Below, piece after piece: positions 37,468-46,491 of a stretch of DNA of 55,055 nucleotides. Origin of the DNA: a virus; UHGV virus genome UHGV-0209657; one strand, 5' to 3'. The notes under the pieces are model-generated. The model searched no databases and was not told the origin of the DNA. It saw only the letters and a program-made list of their open reading frames with translations. The translations under genes were made by a program, and so were the position numbers. The stretch's first letter is position 1, and every line of letters starts with the position of its first letter.

Positions 37468-38785
37468 TGTCGTTTTCCTCGTCGTCCAGTTCTACTTCCT
37501 GCGTTGGCCCTTCATACCCGGCAGCCTCGCGGATCTCGTCACCGTCGAATACTTGTTCACCTGTGGCGAGACATGCCTGATTGATTTGCGCCATTTTGTA
37601 TGCCGCGTCGAGTAGCTCGGCTTTCGTCATGGCGTTAAGGTCGTCCCACAGTACCGACACGTCGACTGGCATACTGATAAGGCGGAGATCTGCCATCTTG
37701 CGGAATAGTTCCTCAAGCTCGCCTCCTATTTCCTCCCGGCGGGTCATACAGCGGTTATTGAAGTAGCGGAGGTCTTCGGTTGATGCACGCTCACCCTGCT
37801 GATTCCCAACCAGGATACGCGTTGGAATGTCGATACCAGCGGCGGCGGTTTGCAGGTTGACGTCATAGGTAGCTGATGGATCCGCCACGGCAGTAACCAG
37901 CGGGCTAACGGTTGCTCCCTGTAATGCCATCATCACATCATTACCTTTATTTATATCCTCTGCCGCTTCATTGAATTTTTCGCGTAGCTCTGCAACGTCG
38001 CAACCGTATGTTGCAGCCAGGGAACGAAAATCAATCTCTTTGTCGAATGAGATAGCCAGTTGACGCGCTGCGTTTTTCAGAAAGGATTCACCGCTACCGC
38101 CTTCCACTTTCTCCAGCGATACAAAAGCGTTATAGGACGGCTCAAGGAAAGCGATGGCATCATCAGAATAATCACCGAAGATAAATATGCGATCTGGATG
38201 TATCTTTCTTGCTATGGTCTTACTGTTAATGCGCTCCTTGTATTCCCACCATGTCGGCAGGCCATAGCTTTCACTTTCCGGATCTTCTTCGAAGTCCTTC
38301 GGTGTAAGAGCACCAGCCCATACAGGGGTAAATTTGGCAATGCCTACACCTTTCGTCACTGGCTGATCCCACGGCTGGTTATCCCTGACGTGAATTAACA
38401 GGCCAGCATAACGACCAATGAGGCGGCGGCGATCGCATTCAGCTATGACGCGCCAGAAACGATTATCAAATCGTTTTTTGATTTCTCTTTCCCACGGCGT
38501 TTCCTTTTTTGCTTTCTCGTCTTCCGTACCTTCGATCAGCGTTGGCCTGGTGCGCCAGCACGTAGTGATGATCTTCTCAATAGCACCGTGAGCGATACCA
38601 CCGCGACGATACAGTTTGTATAAATCGGCATAGGTGATTTCTTCTTTGAATCCGTATTCACTCCACGCAGCATCACGTTTTGCATCAATACCCATTGAGA
38701 ATGGGTTAGCGGCTGCATAGCGGGCAAAGGCCGCCTGTCGTTGTGACAAGGCAGCATTAACCGCCAGTTCTACATTAGATGGCAT
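37412..38785 (-). CDS. portal protein
   Basis: About 457 aa after terminase large subunit; ATG at 38783-38785 with AGGAG RBS; acidic C-terminus. Confidence 0.7.
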   Translation of the reverse strand: MPSNVELAVNAALSQRQAAFARYAAANPFSMGIDAKRDAAWSEYGFKEEITYADLYKLYRRGGIAHGAIEKIITTCWRTRPTLIEGTEDEKAKKETPWEREIKKRFDNRFWRVIAECDRRRLIGRYAGLLIHVRDNQPWDQPVTKGVGIAKFTPVWAGALTPKDFEEDPESESYGLPTWWEYKERINSKTIARKIHPDRIFIFGDYSDDAIAFLEPSYNAFVSLEKVEGGSGESFLKNAARQLAISFDKEIDFRSLAATYGCDVAELREKFNEAAEDINKGNDVMMALQGATVSPLVTAVADPSATYDVNLQTAAAGIDIPTRILVGNQQGERASTEDLRYFNNRCMTRREEIGGELEELFRKMADLRLISMPVDVSVLWDDLNAMTKAELLDAAYKMAQINQACLATGEQVFDGDEIREAAGYEGPTQEVELDDEENDNEGEENNQANTSSRDNAI

Positions 38786-38933
38786 AATGTTTACTCCTGA
38801 ATACATGTTTACGCGTTGCTACGCGAAAAATAGAAAAACTTGCGGGGGATTGTGGGACAGATTTTATGTAGCCAATTGAGAATTATTCTTGTTCATCTTC
38901 GAAAATTTTTCGAAGTTGATAATAATCAATAAC

Positions 38934-40412
38934 TTAAAATCCGCGCAGGCGTTTAGGTAACATAAGACCCATCGCCTGTGGTTGGCTTAATTCAGTGATC
39001 CCCCATACCATCGCATCCATACGGTCAGGGGATTTTTTAGCGGTAGCTGGCACATATTCCATCATTTGATTTTCCAGCGTGTACAGGCTGCCTGTGTGGG
39101 CCACCCTTCCTTGTGCATACAGTGCTGATATTGGCTCGGCGCGGGCGAATTTACCTTTGCTTGCGTGCACCTTAACAATGCGGCCTTTGAATCCGGCATT
39201 ACGCAACGTGGCCTCTGCCATTTCCCCGCCCTGGTTGGTTTCGATAACTATCGCGTCAGCTTCATGGATGTCATATGCTTTCATTGATGCGTGCGCCCAG
39301 TCGTTAGGCGACATGCGGCCCGAATAGTCACCATCAACAGAATACTGAGCATTCTTACCGCCACCATAAGCGGAACACGCCACAATCCCGGTTTCGTCAG
39401 ATTCATCAGATGATGTTGTCGCCGGGTCAATAGCTATCACGGTGCGGATCTTGTCCTGCGTTATCTGCATCCGGTGCGCGGCGGTTATCATCGCTTCAGT
39501 CCATAACGCACCCTCTTCGTCGAATTTACGCGGGCGCTGCATGTACTGGGCTTCAAATGACCGTCTGTGTGCTTTCAGTCCAGCTTCATGGATGTCATTG
39601 TGCTTTTTAGGCCATAGCCAGCCATCTGGCAGGTTGTGAGGAATAGGGATAGCGAACTCGTTTTCAGGGTACAGATCCCAGTAGCCCAGGCTATTGTCTA
39701 TCTTCACTGGCAGGTTAAGGTGATGCCACTTCTCGCCACTGCCACCGCGTAGCAGGTAGCCGGACAAATCATCATAGTGGATGCGCTGCATGATGACGAT
39801 AACAGGCGTTGTTTGCACTGCCAGACGTGAAGCAAGCGTATCGTTATAGTTGGTGTTTACCTGCTTTCTCACCACGTCGGAGTAAGCGTCAGCGGGTTTT
39901 AATGGGTCGTCTATGATTAACGCGCCGTTAAATCCTGATTCCATGTACCCCGCACGGAACCCAGTCACCTGACCAAGTGATGACGTCGCATACACGCCGC
40001 CACCGTATTCGGTCCACCACATCGATTTTGAGTTTGCATCGTTGCGGATCTTCATGGGCCACATTGCCTGATAGTCAGGCGTACAGATCATGTTTCTTAC
40101 AGTAGAGGAATTGAGTAATGCCAGGTTGTTGGAATAGGAAACGTGAAGGAAGCGTGTGCGGGGATTTATTGCGAGGGACCGCGCCATCATGTTGATGGTT
40201 GCGATCATGGTTTTACCGTACCCTGGAGGAATGTTAATGATGAGTCGGGTTATCTCACCATTAATAACGCGTTGCAGTGCATCACGGATGGCTAAATGAT
40301 GGCCTGAGATTAACATCTTCGTTCCGTTCGCTTGCTTGTAGAAATAGCGATTGAAAAACAGGCCGTCGTTTTCACATTTGGACTGAATAACTCGTTCTTT
40401 GATTGTCAACAT
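38934..40412 (-). CDS. terL: terminase large subunit
   Basis: Walker-like ATPase N-domain and nuclease C-domain layout; ATG at 40410-40412. Confidence 0.9.
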   Translation of the reverse strand: MLTIKERVIQSKCENDGLFFNRYFYKQANGTKMLISGHHLAIRDALQRVINGEITRLIINIPPGYGKTMIATINMMARSLAINPRTRFLHVSYSNNLALLNSSTVRNMICTPDYQAMWPMKIRNDANSKSMWWTEYGGGVYATSSLGQVTGFRAGYMESGFNGALIIDDPLKPADAYSDVVRKQVNTNYNDTLASRLAVQTTPVIVIMQRIHYDDLSGYLLRGGSGEKWHHLNLPVKIDNSLGYWDLYPENEFAIPIPHNLPDGWLWPKKHNDIHEAGLKAHRRSFEAQYMQRPRKFDEEGALWTEAMITAAHRMQITQDKIRTVIAIDPATTSSDESDETGIVACSAYGGGKNAQYSVDGDYSGRMSPNDWAHASMKAYDIHEADAIVIETNQGGEMAEATLRNAGFKGRIVKVHASKGKFARAEPISALYAQGRVAHTGSLYTLENQMMEYVPATAKKSPDRMDAMVWGITELSQPQAMGLMLPKRLRGF

Positions 40413-40414
40413 AA

Positions 40415-40900
40415 TCACACCTCGTCTTCTACTTCCTGGACGATGCGGGCGATCTCTTCTTTTGTGACTTCTACCTGTACGGGCGCTTCCTCCCTGTTGC
40501 CGACGATCTCCTGTGTGACGCGTTCACCGTATTTACGCGGTTGCAGTTTTGCCAGTAACCATTTACGCGTTTCAATCATTAGTTGGTGGCGGCGTAATTC
40601 ATCTTTATCAATGTTCTCCGCCGCATCAGCTATATCGATGATCTCATCAGCTAATACCTCAAAACCTATTTCCTTCGCTCTCACATACATGTCCGAAAAT
40701 TCCGGCACATCACGGAACCACTTAAGGATTGTTGAACGTGTTGGCATACCTGGCATCTTCGAAATTTTATTAACGCTATGACCGTCCGCCACCAGTTCAC
40801 AGATCTCTAATGCCTTTTCTTCGGTATAACCATGCGGACGGCCCACCTTTCTAGCTGCTGGCTTTTTATCGTCAGCATTTGCCTTTTTAGTGCGGGCCAT
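40415..40900 (-). CDS. terS: terminase small subunit
   Basis: 161 aa with HTH-like segment, directly upstream of terL. Confidence 0.7.
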   Translation of the reverse strand: MARTKKANADDKKPAARKVGRPHGYTEEKALEICELVADGHSVNKISKMPGMPTRSTILKWFRDVPEFSDMYVRAKEIGFEVLADEIIDIADAAENIDKDELRRHQLMIETRKWLLAKLQPRKYGERVTQEIVGNREEAPVQVEVTKEEIARIVQEVEDEV

Positions 40901-40910
40901 ATTTCACCTC

Positions 40911-41057
40911 TCAATTATCTTTTTCAAATTTTAATTTAAATTCATCCATCATCTTTTCTACTTCCCGTTCGGAAAAGTAGACGGTTTCATTGTTTTCTGC
41001 CGCGTCAAGTGCCTTTCTGATTTCATCAGCCATTTTTAGTTCTTCATTGCTCACCAT
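40911..41057 (-). CDS. small acidic protein (48 aa)
   Basis: ATG with AAGGGGTGA RBS; last gene before terS. Confidence 0.35.
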   Translation of the reverse strand: MVSNEELKMADEIRKALDAAENNETVYFSEREVEKMMDEFKLKFEKDN

Positions 41058-41066
41058 GTCACCCCT

Positions 41067-41150
41067 TTAATATTTATTGATGATATATACGCAAGCCACA
41101 AAACTTGCGCAGTATGTTAATACTTCCAACCAGTCGAATAGCTCTTTCAT
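41067..41150 (-). CDS. micro-ORF peptide 1 (27 aa, MKELFDWLEVLTYCASFVACVYIINKY)
   Basis: ATG, AAGGG RBS, one hydrophobic helix; member of tandem array. Confidence 0.4.
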   Translation of the reverse strand: MKELFDWLEVLTYCASFVACVYIINKY

Positions 41151-41160
41151 TGTTTACCCT

Positions 41161-41241
41161 TCACATAATAGAAAGCGCCCAGGTAATAAGGACGATAGCC
41201 AAAACCATATAGATAAAATCTGACTCTCTCATGTTGTCCAT
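41161..41241 (-). CDS. micro-ORF peptide 2 (26 aa, MDNMRESDFIYMVLAIVLITWALSIM)
   Basis: ATG, AGGA RBS, hydrophobic helix. Confidence 0.4.
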   Translation of the reverse strand: MDNMRESDFIYMVLAIVLITWALSIM

Positions 41242-41246
41242 CCTGC

Positions 41247-41315
41247 TTACTCGAAGAAAACGATAACAACTAACAACGCGCTTATAGCCATAATTAAGAA
41301 ATCACGGTCAGACAT
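41247..41315 (-). CDS. micro-ORF peptide 3 (22 aa, MSDRDFLIMAISALLVVIVFFE)
   Basis: ATG overlaps stop of peptide 4 (ATGTCTGA). Confidence 0.4.
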   Translation of the reverse strand: MSDRDFLIMAISALLVVIVFFE

Positions 41316-41382
41316 TGATAATCACCCCAACGATAATTAACGCAGCGATGCATACGAATAATACGGCTTCGATAACATCCAT
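41308..41382 (-). CDS. micro-ORF peptide 4 (24 aa, MDVIEAVLFVCIAALIIVGVIINV)
   Basis: ATG, GGTGAG RBS, hydrophobic helix. Confidence 0.4.
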   Translation of the reverse strand: MDVIEAVLFVCIAALIIVGVIINV

Positions 41383-41390
41383 TCGCTCAC

Positions 41391-41459
41391 CTATTGAGTC
41401 AGCGCGGTCATGGTAAGAACAATCGCAACGATCAGGAAAAAGAAATCAAGCCATTTCAT
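41391..41459 (-). CDS. micro-ORF peptide 5 (22 aa, MKWLDFFFLIVAIVLTMTALTQ)
   Basis: ATG overlaps stop of peptide 6 (ATGA). Confidence 0.4.
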   Translation of the reverse strand: MKWLDFFFLIVAIVLTMTALTQ

Positions 41460-41536
41460 TTTTTAAACTCCCGATAAACATCTACGGCAATGACTACAAC
41501 TACAGCCACCAGCAATAGCATTTCGTATGCGTTCAT
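41456..41536 (-). CDS. micro-ORF peptide 6 (26 aa, MNAYEMLLLVAVVVVIAVDVYREFKK)
   Basis: ATG, AAGG RBS, hydrophobic helix. Confidence 0.4.
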   Translation of the reverse strand: MNAYEMLLLVAVVVVIAVDVYREFKK

Positions 41537-41547
41537 TGTGGATGCCT

Positions 41548-41622
41548 TCAGCTTTCAATGAATATCATGATCGCCAGCCATACAGCGACGCAGGCAGAAA
41601 GGATAATGAGCGGGTCAATCAT
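41548..41622 (-). CDS. micro-ORF peptide 7 (24 aa, MIDPLIILSACVAVWLAIMIFIES)
   Basis: ATG 1 nt after stop of peptide 8; GGAGGGG RBS. Confidence 0.4.
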   Translation of the reverse strand: MIDPLIILSACVAVWLAIMIFIES

Positions 41623-41623
41623 C

Positions 41624-41731
41624 TTACCCCTCCACCAAATACTTGATATATACGTTTATCAGCGCAACTATAATAGAACCCACCAGAAACACAGAGATAC
41701 CGATTAATCCGGCGATAATGTAATCATCCAT
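41624..41731 (-). CDS. micro-ORF peptide 8 (35 aa, MDDYIIAGLIGISVFLVGSIIVALINVYIKYLVEG)
   Basis: Codon-by-codon translation verified; AGGA RBS. Confidence 0.45.
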   Translation of the reverse strand: MDDYIIAGLIGISVFLVGSIIVALINVYIKYLVEG

Positions 41732-41733
41732 AA

Positions 41734-41823
41734 TCAATCCTGCTTAGACATAGCCACCAGAAACATGCAAAGAATGAATCCAGCCGCCATACCGCCTATA
41801 AACGTTAATATTGATGCAATCAT
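41734..41823 (-). CDS. micro-ORF peptide 9 (29 aa, MIASILTFIGGMAAGFILCMFLVAMSKQD)
   Basis: ATG 2 nt after stop of the HExxH gene. Confidence 0.4.
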   Translation of the reverse strand: MIASILTFIGGMAAGFILCMFLVAMSKQD

Positions 41824-41825
41824 AA

Positions 41826-42368
41826 TCAGCCTCGTTTAAAGCTCATTACACGCGGGACTAACGCATCTTTTTGCTTAGGCTTACGTTTACCTTTCTTCGC
41901 TGGCTTTTCTTCTTCCTTCGGCTGTTCTGCCTGTTCCAGCGCCTGATCGACGACTTCTGCCGCCTGCATTGCTGCAACCTGTGCTTCGTTTGATTCTGCT
42001 AGGATAGGGAAAAACGCATCGAAGATACGGCCTACCATGTAAGCGTAAGTCTCATTCGCCGGATGGGTAGGATCCGTGGTCGCCACGACGCCTACATCAC
42101 TTAAAACGTGGAATGTAGTGTGAGCGCATTCATGGACCAGCGTTCCAGTCTCATTGTTGAATACTGCGATCACGTAGAAATTACCGCCGGTCTCACCAGT
42201 ACAGGTTAACGTCAGACCGCCAGCTAGTTCGAAATCAGGTTCGATTGGTATTCCGGCCTTTTCGCAAAATTCATAGAACATCTCGCGGGTCGGGCAAAAG
42301 AAAACGGTTGTATGCTCAAAGAGCGGGACTTTGAATTGAGGCAACTTAATGCCTTTAGCCTTAGCCAT
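41826..42368 (-). CDS. HExxH-motif protein (putative zincin-like metallopeptidase) with Lys-rich C-terminal tail
   Basis: 180 aa; LVHECAHTTFH motif; between lysis cassette and micro-ORF array. Confidence 0.45.
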   Translation of the reverse strand: MAKAKGIKLPQFKVPLFEHTTVFFCPTREMFYEFCEKAGIPIEPDFELAGGLTLTCTGETGGNFYVIAVFNNETGTLVHECAHTTFHVLSDVGVVATTDPTHPANETYAYMVGRIFDAFFPILAESNEAQVAAMQAAEVVDQALEQAEQPKEEEKPAKKGKRKPKQKDALVPRVMSFKRG

Positions 42369-42636
42369 CAGAATAATCTCCTGTCTGGTTTGCTTTTACT
42401 TCCTGTTTATACAGCGGCAGGAATGACATAAAACACTGAGAACGGCGCTTCATCAGTACCGTTTCCAGAATTTTATAAAATTGGTGAATGGCGCTTTCTT
42501 CTACCCAGGTAGCGCCCGACCTGTTAATGGGACTGTTGATCCGGTATTACGTGTTTTTGAATTTCCGCCGTCGCTCGCGGGAAGGATTGGCCCGGTTATG
42601 GCTGGCTGGCGGAAACGGCGACACGTCCGCGCGCTG

Positions 42637-43107
42637 TTATTCTTTGCGTATGCACTGCGTTTTGATGTAGTCCTGTAATCCGGTGATCTTCGCGTCTTTC
42701 TCTTTTAGTTGTTCTCTGAGGGATAGATAATTTGATTGAGCACTGGCAGTAAGTCTACAGGTGGCTCCATTAATGCTGCTGGCGGTTCCGGTGGCGTCGT
42801 GCACGTACACTGGCTCGGCGTTGACGTGCAACCTGATAGCACCGCTATCAATGCCAGCGCGAAGATCGGCAATGTCAGATCTGATAGCTTTAATCTCATC
42901 GTGATACCTCTTATCAAGTTTTGACAGTTCGGCGTTTCGCTCCTTCATCTGCTGGATAGTGTTACTTGCTGTTTTTAGTGCGCCTTTCGTCACCGTGACT
43001 TCTTCCTGTAACCTTGCCGCCTCACCCTGGTAATAACACGTTACGGCGGTAAGCCCGGCAATAATGCAAACAACAACGGCGATGATTAACGTCTTCACCT
43101 TGTCCAT
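42637..43107 (-). CDS. Rz: i-spanin Rz
   Basis: N-terminal TM segment, coiled-coil periplasmic domain, directly after endolysin. Confidence 0.7.
   Translation of the reverse strand: MDKVKTLIIAVVVCIIAGLTAVTCYYQGEAARLQEEVTVTKGALKTASNTIQQMKERNAELSKLDKRYHDEIKAIRSDIADLRAGIDSGAIRLHVNAEPVYVHDATGTASSINGATCRLTASAQSNYLSLREQLKEKDAKITGLQDYIKTQCIRKE
42705..42899 (-). CDS. Rz1: o-spanin Rz1 (embedded in Rz, alternate frame)
   Basis: Embedded ORF with lipobox LSGC and Pro-rich mature region. Confidence 0.6.
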   Translation of the reverse strand: MRLKLSDLTLPIFALALIAVLSGCTSTPSQCTCTTPPEPPAALMEPPVDLLPVLNQIIYPSENN

Positions 43108-43586
43108 GTTTCACCCCATTCGCAAACGGCATACTCAACATCACGGCGATTAATTAACCCTTGCCACTGCTTACCGCCAGCATATATCCAGCGTTTAAGC
43201 TGTGCGCACGCCTCTGATTTCTTACCGTCATTGAGTAGTTTTAATAAGGTTGATGTCTTAAAGTTGGTAGCGCCTACGTTATAGGCGAATGAATAAAGCG
43301 CCGCGCGGGTAAAATCTGATATTTCGACTTTAATATATGGGTCAATCGCTTTTGCGGTTTTGTGAAGATCTTTGTTTAGTAACGCTTCACACTCTGCTGG
43401 TGTATAAGTTTTTCCCAGCATGATGTCTTTTCCGGTATGACCATAACATACAGTCCATACACCGATAACATCACGATACGGATCGTATTCCACGCCTTCC
43501 AATGGTTTAACCATCACAGCCGCAATAGCGATAGCCCCACCAGCCGCCGCAGCAATAATTTTATTCTTTAGCGATTGGCTAATCAT
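43095..43586 (-). CDS. SAR endolysin (T4-lysozyme-like)
   Basis: N-terminal weakly hydrophobic Ala/Gly-rich segment then E..D..T lysozyme core; ATG at 43584-43586 overlaps holin stop. Confidence 0.75.
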   Translation of the reverse strand: MISQSLKNKIIAAAAGGAIAIAAVMVKPLEGVEYDPYRDVIGVWTVCYGHTGKDIMLGKTYTPAECEALLNKDLHKTAKAIDPYIKVEISDFTRAALYSFAYNVGATNFKTSTLLKLLNDGKKSEACAQLKRWIYAGGKQWQGLINRRDVEYAVCEWGETWTR

Positions 43587-43587
43587 G

Positions 43588-43788
43588 TTACTTATTCCCC
43601 ATTCGCGCGTCATGTTCCTCTTGCGCTCGCTTGTTCTCCTGTGATTTGAAGTAATAGTTGACGGCAAATGTGCCTATGGTTGATAAGATACCCACAAATA
43701 CAGCAACATCATTAATGGTTATCGCACCAAAAAAGGCCGTTACGACCCCTACTGCATACGCACATGCCTCCCGTATTTTGTCGAACAT
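43588..43788 (-). CDS. holin (pinholin-like, two TM segments)
   Basis: 66 aa, two hydrophobic helices, charged C-terminus, directly upstream of endolysin. Confidence 0.7.
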   Translation of the reverse strand: MFDKIREACAYAVGVVTAFFGAITINDVAVFVGILSTIGTFAVNYYFKSQENKRAQEEHDARMGNK

Positions 43789-43804
43789 AGATTTTCCTCC
43801 AACA

Positions 43805-43830
43805 AAGCAAAAACCCGGCGCGGGGCCGGG
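43805..43830 (-). terminator. hairpin terminator upstream of holin (tR'-like)
   Basis: CCCGGC-gcggg-GCCGGG then T-run on minus strand, about 25 nt before holin RBS. Confidence 0.45.
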
Positions 43831-44067
43831 TAATTACAATTTCGCATTGTTAGGAAATATTTTAATCTGTTTGTTTACGCTCTACAAATACGGCTTACGC
43901 AGTTTTGTATATCAGGCCATTATCAAACAACATTTGCATATGCCACCGATCCATGTCGCTTGATTCCCAATGTGGATCGTCATCAGGTCTTATCATCACC
44001 TTATTACCTTTAAGTAAATAGACGATGTTAAATACCTTATGCAAATAGATGCCGTCTTCGATCTCGT

Positions 44068-44250
44068 TCACAGGTCGCTAACCTTCACCACGTCGCCGTT
44101 ATAAAGCATGATTTCAATTATTTCCCGCGTCATATCCATGAATGGCTCTTTCCACTCGCCACCATCGATACTGATACGAATATCATTACCCTCCACGCGG
44201 TAAAACATTTCATCAATGAGGTTCACGGCGTATATACCATCTTCAATCAT
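44068..44250 (-). CDS. island ORF (60 aa), paralogue of adjacent ORF
   Basis: FYRVEGNDIRI/EPF pattern shared with 44251-44475. Confidence 0.35.
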   Translation of the reverse strand: MIEDGIYAVNLIDEMFYRVEGNDIRISIDGGEWKEPFMDMTREIIEIMLYNGDVVKVSDL

Positions 44251-44475
44251 TTAACCGCCCTCTTTAAACATCCTGAACTTAATATCGCCAATCTTGCTCC
44301 AATGTCCGTGATTAAACATCATGATAACTTCTTTCGCTGTCACAGGTAAAACCGTTTCATGCCACGGTTCAAACTGGCGTGATCGCATCATTACGTGTTC
44401 ACCTTCAAGGCGATAATAAGCGCGTGACACCAATGACTGATAAACGCCGTCATATTGATGGTCGCTATTTCCCAT
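44251..44475 (-). CDS. island ORF (74 aa), paralogue of adjacent ORF
   Basis: YYRLEGEHVMM/EPW pattern shared with 44068-44250. Confidence 0.35.
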   Translation of the reverse strand: MGNSDHQYDGVYQSLVSRAYYRLEGEHVMMRSRQFEPWHETVLPVTAKEVIMMFNHGHWSKIGDIKFRMFKEGG

Positions 44476-44665
44476 TTTTACGCTCCTTAATGGCTCGCTT
44501 AATCTGCACTAGCGTTGCATCGAAGAAAGCGATAAACACCGCTACAGGCCAGAAAGGAATCTCAAGGCCACCACGATCGAGATCGTTACATTTGATGAAA
44601 CAAGACATCAGGATAGCGCCAGCGATATAAAGGAGAAATACAGCAAAGATAAGACATTCAATCAT
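44465..44665 (-). CDS. island ORF, small membrane protein (66 aa)
   Basis: Two hydrophobic segments. Confidence 0.35.
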   Translation of the reverse strand: MIECLIFAVFLLYIAGAILMSCFIKCNDLDRGGLEIPFWPVAVFIAFFDATLVQIKRAIKERKNGK

Positions 44666-44798
44666 CCTCTTTCTCCCCGCCTAAATATTGATAGATTTCT
44701 TCAGCATTTTCCCCGCGCTCAAAACAATAATGTTCAAACATGCGCCAGTTCTCACTAAGAAACATAACAATAAAATTTTTAACGTATTCGTCATTCAT
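44658..44798 (-). CDS. island micro-ORF (46 aa)
   Basis: ATG 2 nt after upstream stop; below ORF-track cutoff. Confidence 0.25.
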   Translation of the reverse strand: MNDEYVKNFIVMFLSENWRMFEHYCFERGENAEEIYQYLGGEKEDD

Positions 44799-44800
44799 AG

Positions 44801-45097
44801 TTAATCATCCTCTTCATCGTCTTCATGTTCAGCCAGGAAATCATCAACGACGCGGTAAGTTACTGGCGGTACGTATTCGAAATCATCAGAATCAAGATCG
44901 AGCGTCCTGCTGTCGCCGTCGTCGTCCATCGTATTCATTCCAAGTTCACCGAAAGGGCCGTACCCAATATGGCCCAGGTATTCGCAACCAACCGTAAAGC
45001 CAGGATATTCACCTTTACACCTGACTTTATACAGCTTGTTTGATGCGCTCAATTTCCGCCACTCCGTTTTCTCCTTCAGTGATTTTGTATTCCACAA
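44801..45097 (-). CDS. island ORF with strongly acidic C-terminus
   Basis: Ends DDFLAEHEDDEEDD; listed start is TTG, internal ATG at 44936-44938 may be the true start. Confidence 0.3.
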   Translation of the reverse strand: MWNTKSLKEKTEWRKLSASNKLYKVRCKGEYPGFTVGCEYLGHIGYGPFGELGMNTMDDDGDSRTLDLDSDDFEYVPPVTYRVVDDFLAEHEDDEEDD

Positions 45098-45368
45098 CCA
45101 GTTCAGCGCCGATCAAATCCACTTCGTTTTTAGATGTTTTATGGCTAGAATCAAACATCAGCGAGGCAAAAACGAAGTGTTTAACGTGATTTTCATCTTC
45201 AAGGTGTTTCACATCGAAAGGCGGTTCAGATACATGGAAGCACTTGATGTGAGCGTCGTTATCAGTAGCTACGCGGAAACATGCGCCAGGTTGCCCGGCG
45301 TACTGTCCCAATCTTTCTTCGTTCGGTAAAGTACCACGGAAAACTTTAACGCTGACAAAACTAGACAT
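45027..45368 (-). CDS. island ORF (113 aa)
   Basis: Co-directional packed ORF; start unverified. Confidence 0.3.
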   Translation of the reverse strand: MSSFVSVKVFRGTLPNEERLGQYAGQPGACFRVATDNDAHIKCFHVSEPPFDVKHLEDENHVKHFVFASLMFDSSHKTSKNEVDLIGAELVVEYKITEGENGVAEIERIKQAV

Positions 45369-45371
45369 TGA

Positions 45372-45629
45372 TTATTCCCCTTCGTAAAGAATTGCCACCA
45401 GTTCGGCATCTGTTAGCGTGTTGTGATCTTTATAAGTCCCATAGCGAGCAACGAAAGCTATTTCACCAGCTATCTTCCGCCACATAGGGATTGACTCATC
45501 AAAATAGGTATTCTCCATTCCCTCCCTGTATGCCAGTTCATAAAAACGCCCACGGTTAACATCTTCAATCACGCGGCTATATGTGCCATCAATCTTACTT
45601 ACGCCGCGCCATAGTCTGAACACAACCAT
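45372..45629 (-). CDS. island ORF (85 aa)
   Basis: Co-directional packed ORF. Confidence 0.3.
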   Translation of the reverse strand: MVVFRLWRGVSKIDGTYSRVIEDVNRGRFYELAYREGMENTYFDESIPMWRKIAGEIAFVARYGTYKDHNTLTDAELVAILYEGE

Positions 45630-45631
45630 AA

Positions 45632-45931
45632 TTAAAACTCCGCACCAGATAAGCTACGCGCTTTATTCACCGCGTCATGCTTTAAACATAGGCAGGCGTG
45701 GTAGTTCATAATCCCCATATTGCCTACAGGTATTTCATTATTTTCTGCCTTTATTCTGAATAACTGGTTTTTGGTGAAGATCCTGTCACCATCAGTGATA
45801 TATAACCAGTCTCCGCGCTTACCAACAACAACATGAGATCTGCCTAAACTGTCTTTAAATTCATAATTGCAGAAAACATCACCTTTAGGCACTTCAACAA
45901 AACAGCACGCAATGAATTTATCGCTTTTCAT
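45632..45931 (-). CDS. island ORF (99 aa)
   Basis: First gene after internal promoter-like region. Confidence 0.3.
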   Translation of the reverse strand: MKSDKFIACCFVEVPKGDVFCNYEFKDSLGRSHVVVGKRGDWLYITDGDRIFTKNQLFRIKAENNEIPVGNMGIMNYHACLCLKHDAVNKARSLSGAEF

Positions 45932-45960
45932 GATTTTGCCATCCGTCTTTCAGTGGCTTA

Positions 45961-46022
45961 TATATAACAAAATGGCACTACCGAAACAATGCCATTTCGT
46001 AAACATTGTGATACAGATCACA
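45961..46022 (-). promoter_or_regulatory. candidate CRP-dependent class I promoter inside island
   Basis: Perfect TGTGA-N6-TCACA at 46007-46022; -35 TTGTTT (45984-45989) and -10 TATATA (45961-45966) on minus strand; CRP centre about 61 nt from inferred start. Confidence 0.35.
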
Positions 46023-46023
46023 T

Positions 46024-46248
46024 TTACGTTTCTTCAGTAAAAGTAACCTTCATCGCCCCATCCGAACTACGGACAACATAGCGACCAGCTCCCCGGCGCG
46101 GCTCTGCATACCATAAGTGACCGTAAGTGTCAGTAACGACGATAAACGGCAATTTAGGAGACAATCCCATCGGTTTTTCAGCCGTATACTGTGCGCCTTC
46201 TTCAAAACAGCCTAATTTCGATTCGTTACACGTTAAAATCATTTTCAT
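46024..46248 (-). CDS. island ORF (74 aa)
   Basis: Shares F..G..Y...D..W pattern with neighbours. Confidence 0.3.
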   Translation of the reverse strand: MKMILTCNESKLGCFEEGAQYTAEKPMGLSPKLPFIVVTDTYGHLWYAEPRRGAGRYVVRSSDGAMKVTFTEET

Positions 46249-46481
46249 ACCCCTACATACGAAAACGCAGCAAAAGCACCACCAGCACGCGCATAAACAA
46301 GTGCCGTGCCATACCCCATCTTATAAAATCGCCATAACTGACCCTGGTCGTCAGTAATGGCATGAATATATTCCTGATCCTTTGCGTCAACCAATGCCGC
46401 GTCAACCTCGTAGATCTTGCCATTCTTAAAAAACGCGCTGCATCGTGAGTATGTGCACTGGTATCTATGTTTCCGATTCAT
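46245..46481 (-). CDS. island ORF (78 aa)
   Basis: Putative paralogue family (FKNGKIY...LWRFY). Confidence 0.3.
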   Translation of the reverse strand: MNRKHRYQCTYSRCSAFFKNGKIYEVDAALVDAKDQEYIHAITDDQGQLWRFYKMGYGTALVYARAGGAFAAFSYVGV

Positions 46482-46491
46482 AGCACCTCAC

